Shown here one piece after another: positions 41,401-43,263 of a stretch of DNA of 43,263 nt; the first letter of the stretch is position 1, and the number at the start of each line of letters is the position of its first letter. The notes beneath the pieces were generated by a model, which did not search any database, was not told where the DNA came from, and was given only the letters and a program-made list of their open reading frames with translations. The translations under genes and the position numbers were made by a program. The stretch covers positions 1 through 43,263 of IMG/VR virus record IMGVR_UViG_3300045988_018894; one strand, written 5' to 3'. The DNA comes from a virus.

Positions 41401-43263
41401 ACAAGAAGGCTGCGCTCAGCCTTTACGATCCGCGCACATTTTTCAACGCATATGGTGATGCTGGTCTGGACGTGTTCCGCGCTCTGCGGAATGCGGAGGA
41501 CACGCAGAACCGCAGGGTCGCAGAGGTCGCGAAGCTGACGGAGAAGTTTATGAGCCGCGAGGTCTATAAACAGCGGAACGAGCGGCACACGTTTATGACC
41601 GAGGCCGGACAGACGATCACTCTGACAAATGACCAGATCATGAACCTTTACAACCTCGCGAATCGCGGGAAGCACTCGATGCAGCACCTCTCTGTCGGCG
41701 GCGTTATACAGCCCTACATCAAGCGCGACGGCAAGTTGCCGGCCATTGAGCGTGGCACGAAGAGCATTCCTCTCACTGCAAGCGATGTGGCTCAGATCAC
41801 TGATGCCCTGACGGATGAGCAGATCAAGGTCGCAAAGGGACTGCAGAAAATCGCGTCTACCATGCTTGCCAAGTGGGGCAACGAGGCCAGCATGGCCGTG
41901 TATGGGTACAACAAGTTTACCGAGGAGCATTATTGGCCGATCAAGTCGGCGCGAGAGGCAATTGTGCAGAACGCTGAACGCGGCGAAAATATGCCGCGCG
42001 AGATCCGCAACATGGGCAGTGCAAAAGCCCTGAACGAGAACGCCAGCAACACGCTGGATCTTGGCGGAGTGTTTGACGTTTTCACGAAAAACGCAAGCGA
42101 CATGATTACCTACAGCACAATGCTCGAACCGATGGAGGACATCAACCGTCTTTTTAACTATCGCTACCGCGACTCTGCCGGGAACCTTACCGGCAAGAAC
42201 GTCAAGAATGTGCTGACGGATGTTTACGGCGAACAGGCGCTGAAGTACTGGCGAAACCTCATGAGTGACGTGCAGAACGGCATCGCCCACGATGATGAGC
42301 CGATCACGCGCATGATCGAGAAGCTTGTCGGCAGGACGAAGGCCGCAAGCGTCGGCATGAACGCCCGCGTGGTGCTCCAGCAGCCCACGGCATTCTTTCG
42401 TGCGGCGGCGATCATCGATCCCAGCGACATGGCCAAGGGGCTTGTCAAGGCTCCTACCAAGGGCAATGGCTGGAAGAAGGCCAAACAGTATGCGGGCATT
42501 GCCGCCATCAAGGACTCGTCCGGATTCGATCAGGCCGGTCAGTACACGATCATGAAGGGCATTCTCAACGGCGCGGATCAGACCTTTATGGAGAAGCTCA
42601 GCGATGCATCCGGCGCGGCGGCGGCAAAGGCAGACGCTGTGACGTGGGGCAAGATTTGGAACGCGTGTGAGTATACCGTGCAGAAGGAAGGGCGCTATGA
42701 AGTCGGGAGCGAGGAGTTTTACACGCGCACGGCAGAGGTGTTTTCCGACGTAATCGACCAGTCGCAGGTCGTCGACGGGATTCTCCAGCGCACGCAGATC
42801 ATGCGCAGCGGGAACGGCCTGACGAAACAGGCCACCGCATTTATGGGCGAACCGATGAAGTCCCTGAATATGCTCCTAAGGGCCTATGACGCGTGGCGTT
42901 ATGAAACCAATCCCAGCAAGAAGAGCGCGGCTCTGAAACAGTTTGTCCGGACGAGCATCGCGTTGCTGGTTACCGACGGCGTAAACGCGCTTGTCCAGTC
43001 CCTCGTCGACGCGGCGCGGAAGGATGACAAGGACAAGGATTACTGGGGCAGATACTTCGAGGTTCTGACCGGCGTAACCGGAGAGGACGACACGGTCGTC
43101 AGCGTCCTGCTGGGCAGTAACCTGTGGGACAACATCGACCCCGTAGGACGGATTCCGTTCGCCAAGGACATCAAGTCCATGCTTCAGGGCTACACGGTGT
43201 CCCGCATGGATGCAGACGCGGTTTCGGACTTTATTGCTGCGGCGCAGCTGTTTACAAAGGCCA
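35469..43263 (+). CDS. 5' part (2,598 codons) of the giant 2,881-aa ORF; open to the window end and continues at 2..970
   Basis: ATG 7 nt after GGGAGG. I translated the whole frame by hand and found no stop. The ORF track shows no other plus-strand ORF in this frame. The frame was verified at 37572, 39471 and 42231. Contains HEVTH at 37572-37586. Confidence 0.85.
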   Translation, partial: MTNNDLAVELLQQRKKKREDPQSAATQTSTQNMSGQAALAQELLSQRIQARKEREATQPTVSLPSQRIDPAKERQESKGKFNGWKYFGNLGKTLLTGVASLAQTGAMAEDVVTSAVDTIFKGANTKGSGLFNALYHGRPDWKFLGENGLVGIEQEKAYLDQEREAEVAKIKDDTFGGKVSKKAASYGGDIAYGVGGAIPMAATAGVAAAPIVNGVATSTEALANLGASVVESSGVLNALGKGFRDTLRSKDYWMAFTSEVGADYQEALSDGASTGEAMNYAIATSLLNSIIEVGGGIQKVPENFSVKNLLRSAAEEGMEEIWQGPVGRTMQNVVYGADNPIGSLSDDRAIFNPVTSAQEFAGGFAVGGILSGAQMAAGKAAGSVYNKQIEKQSKRYEQAQQMVRDRSGVKGTYQTQEDGKTTVGGSESAIKSVVKDGQIEMENGEVVSPEKVTFADRNTADLYEGAINRAANAGAANVFIDSYAGGDVSRYLLGMQEAYEDGRAGVVTEKRGTFADDLTDAQRTAAWNQGAADGLQSFRSDTGLGENGSAAWTQVQQNQAVRSNPRLRTGFTSMYQAGLSGKALTDVKSDAAKYIPPSVQTAAYQAGLADAASSLAREKAGVKLVTRSDESGLADNDYSRNLANKDAGTARVLGALASDMGVRIEIVPQVQGGAANGKYVNKTNTIQLAADADNPLAFVAAHEVTHRMQDAAPTEYHAYRDAVMAYRANELGDDTAAHMVERYRDASREAGVTLTQEEAMDEIAADFTAKMIDDANLFERFARQNRTEAKTLLDRLKEFISKVKNLVASKRNKAAQEAYGKNFAELQKIAALWQTAYDKAAETVGHAVLVTNDAPTAGVSYDDAVYSLRVTDEALKNGDVASIPPSISPKSTPVRSTEILTDSAVVTADDGERYSLKSMKRDIAEGQMFKDLKSYCNWTQAQVDELKTNIEELVRYMEPHRDILDMNETTGRDDRRFSPYKQNSDPLYKISMDFSTLCSKRLLTQYVIESLQVREGRPMSAEEQMAIRDMLIEYRKVDKGLQVACAMCYVEAARLKSPKQMQTWLDDRGRAMRKYYAAKNQAYEDSIIKAQEDFKESRGYDRDTPKSKMKHSDVTELNKIRPRMASEYQPTDSEQRVIDQVESLPTETFLTSANLAQFSEDLPDGYAAYIGMMTKATHSKPLETDEAYYYGDSRRKIGHGKVVTDRFLANMNRENGMRFSSWSDWRIQHLLDYITAVIDNSVRGAKMHGYTKYPDEVRVLGKTGMMFNLSGVAGTQTGLNPDGSLSFSDTESINIEEAKALREEFPDTAGLQCIGVSDKHIRALMRSEDVDYIIPYHTSSLNKDLRRMAQIHGWKDYTLTQNEKKLKGATSDGSETWQVTPAFSDWFVGYDTGMSGIEAMRASAARYLEICKERGLRPKFEAFTDEPNYWKLLIDRKMINQETGKLIRQKPVTPEFDFDTIRGIVDRYVEDYDSSREERALKYVTDNWDTIPQRIKYLKATEAQKKAMATLGNEMIAAQPKENRLQLKSQTQIESEMRDIKKERDRLKARVKSLERQVARWKAETKPSMPSFREGDLKKLCNRLINDFDSSTKYSEIKTDMENLGKALLSQDVPDTELHAYAEYVAEKIIQNSRVLEEGGEDLLEIQKHLKSVKLAYTDDGSIPDFSEWKKAHRDIKFAKDGGLPVDVAYHELTELFGGGYFPENIVHPADQLTRMGEVLEDIDNIWSNPYDEYRDIAVTALGNALIEGMISDDVRQTRPTYADRKEQEIAHLKDLLSKTRASRDEKIKQMRTAYAERTKAGAERRKAREIRAKISRHTETLSRKLLRPTDKQHIPDSLRMPVAALLRSINMESARSYDENGRLRSGNNGTPTKRTQDAIRLREAYDSILSNDPNFVIDPALFGGDGTSGFIDQLVELGNRRIDKMGTAQLNVIWKAIKGIETTITSYDKALSSGKYMFISQWANDLRSGVSSRKRANKKAALSLYDPRTFFNAYGDAGLDVFRALRNAEDTQNRRVAEVAKLTEKFMSREVYKQRNERHTFMTEAGQTITLTNDQIMNLYNLANRGKHSMQHLSVGGVIQPYIKRDGKLPAIERGTKSIPLTASDVAQITDALTDEQIKVAKGLQKIASTMLAKWGNEASMAVYGYNKFTEEHYWPIKSAREAIVQNAERGENMPREIRNMGSAKALNENASNTLDLGGVFDVFTKNASDMITYSTMLEPMEDINRLFNYRYRDSAGNLTGKNVKNVLTDVYGEQALKYWRNLMSDVQNGIAHDDEPITRMIEKLVGRTKAASVGMNARVVLQQPTAFFRAAAIIDPSDMAKGLVKAPTKGNGWKKAKQYAGIAAIKDSSGFDQAGQYTIMKGILNGADQTFMEKLSDASGAAAAKADAVTWGKIWNACEYTVQKEGRYEVGSEEFYTRTAEVFSDVIDQSQVVDGILQRTQIMRSGNGLTKQATAFMGEPMKSLNMLLRAYDAWRYETNPSKKSAALKQFVRTSIALLVTDGVNALVQSLVDAARKDDKDKDYWGRYFEVLTGVTGEDDTVVSVLLGSNLWDNIDPVGRIPFAKDIKSMLQGYTVSRMDADAVSDFIAAAQLFTKA
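43145..43263. repeat. Terminal overlap, copy 2 (identical to 1-119)
   Basis: Same 119-nt string as the window start. It lies inside the giant ORF, so it is more likely an assembly overlap than a biological terminal repeat. Confidence 0.95.

Larger units (their letters stand above)
1..43263. mobile_element. Complete temperate phage genome in circular (excised or assembled-closed) form; unit length 43,144 bp
   Basis: Positions 1-119 are identical to 43145-43263, so the contig closes on itself. It carries a serine integrase, a CI-like switch, recombination and replication genes, and a terminase-portal-capsid-tail-lysis module. Confidence 0.85.

Noticed and set aside
36207-42290. Minus-strand ORFs 36207-37682 (491 aa), 38439-39155, 39156-39602, 40293-40970 and 41112-42290 (392 aa).
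   Set aside because: All are antisense shadows of the giant plus-strand ORF. They have Arg/Leu/His-rich translations, no SDs, and are mutually non-contiguous. The plus frame is uninterrupted for 8.6 kb.
35469-43263. The giant ORF as a virion RNA polymerase (N4 or crAss type) or as a tape-measure protein.
   Set aside because: I looked for DxDGD/NADFDGD-type and T7-like Rx3Kx7YG motifs. The only DxDGD-like string is the EF-hand loop at 824-859. Its position after the lysis cassette, and the absence of tube and chaperone genes, argue against a tape measure. Neither role can be excluded without profile searches, so I left the function open.

Overview
The window is a complete, circularly closed temperate phage genome. 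The first 119 nt are identical to the last 119 nt, so the unit length is 43,144 bp. It looks GC-rich by eye (not computed). The protein families point to a Firmicutes/Clostridia-type host (Prp protease with L27-type LQLFA propeptides, Amidase_2 plus PG_binding_1 endolysin, DUF551 and MERLT-type small proteins); that host call is inference only.

Layout:
- 20866 to 35448 (+): late operon with terS-like, terL, portal, Prp protease, scaffold, major capsid, head-tail and tail/receptor-binding proteins, holin and endolysin. I recognise no tail tube, chaperone pair or tape-measure gene.
- 35469 across the contig junction to 970 (+): one giant 2,881-codon ORF. It is absent from the ORF track because it has no stop inside the window.
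- 1054-3511 (+): terminator-delimited accessory genes.
- 3545-3590: candidate attP.
- 3587-5314 (-): large serine integrase plus a membrane-anchored XRE protein.
- 17806 down to 6114 (-): leftward early operon. It includes Sak3-like SSAP, YqaJ exonuclease, NinB, NinG/HNH-like, SSB, DUF6291 replication-organiser-like, RusA, C5 DNA methyltransferase, PAPS-reductase-like, ASCH, and many small translationally coupled ORFs.
- 17807-17961: divergent-promoter switch.
- 17962-18336 (+): CI-like repressor.
- 18337-18699: 363-bp non-coding gap.
- 20390 down to 18700 (-): four-gene operon of unknown function.

Most interesting observations:
1. A strictly 11-bp-phased array of 14 GCAAA iterons, preceded by a G-quadruplex motif, next to the repressor gene and an RHH-containing operon.
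2. The giant junction-spanning ORF, about 20 percent of the genome.
3. A C5 methyltransferase whose motif I/II block sits at the extreme C-terminus (apparent circular permutation), with a very long multi-module target-recognition region, followed by a PAPS-reductase-like gene.
4. A roughly 290-nt hairpin-dense leader upstream of the terS-like gene.

All functional calls rest on motif recognition by eye. No database search was run.
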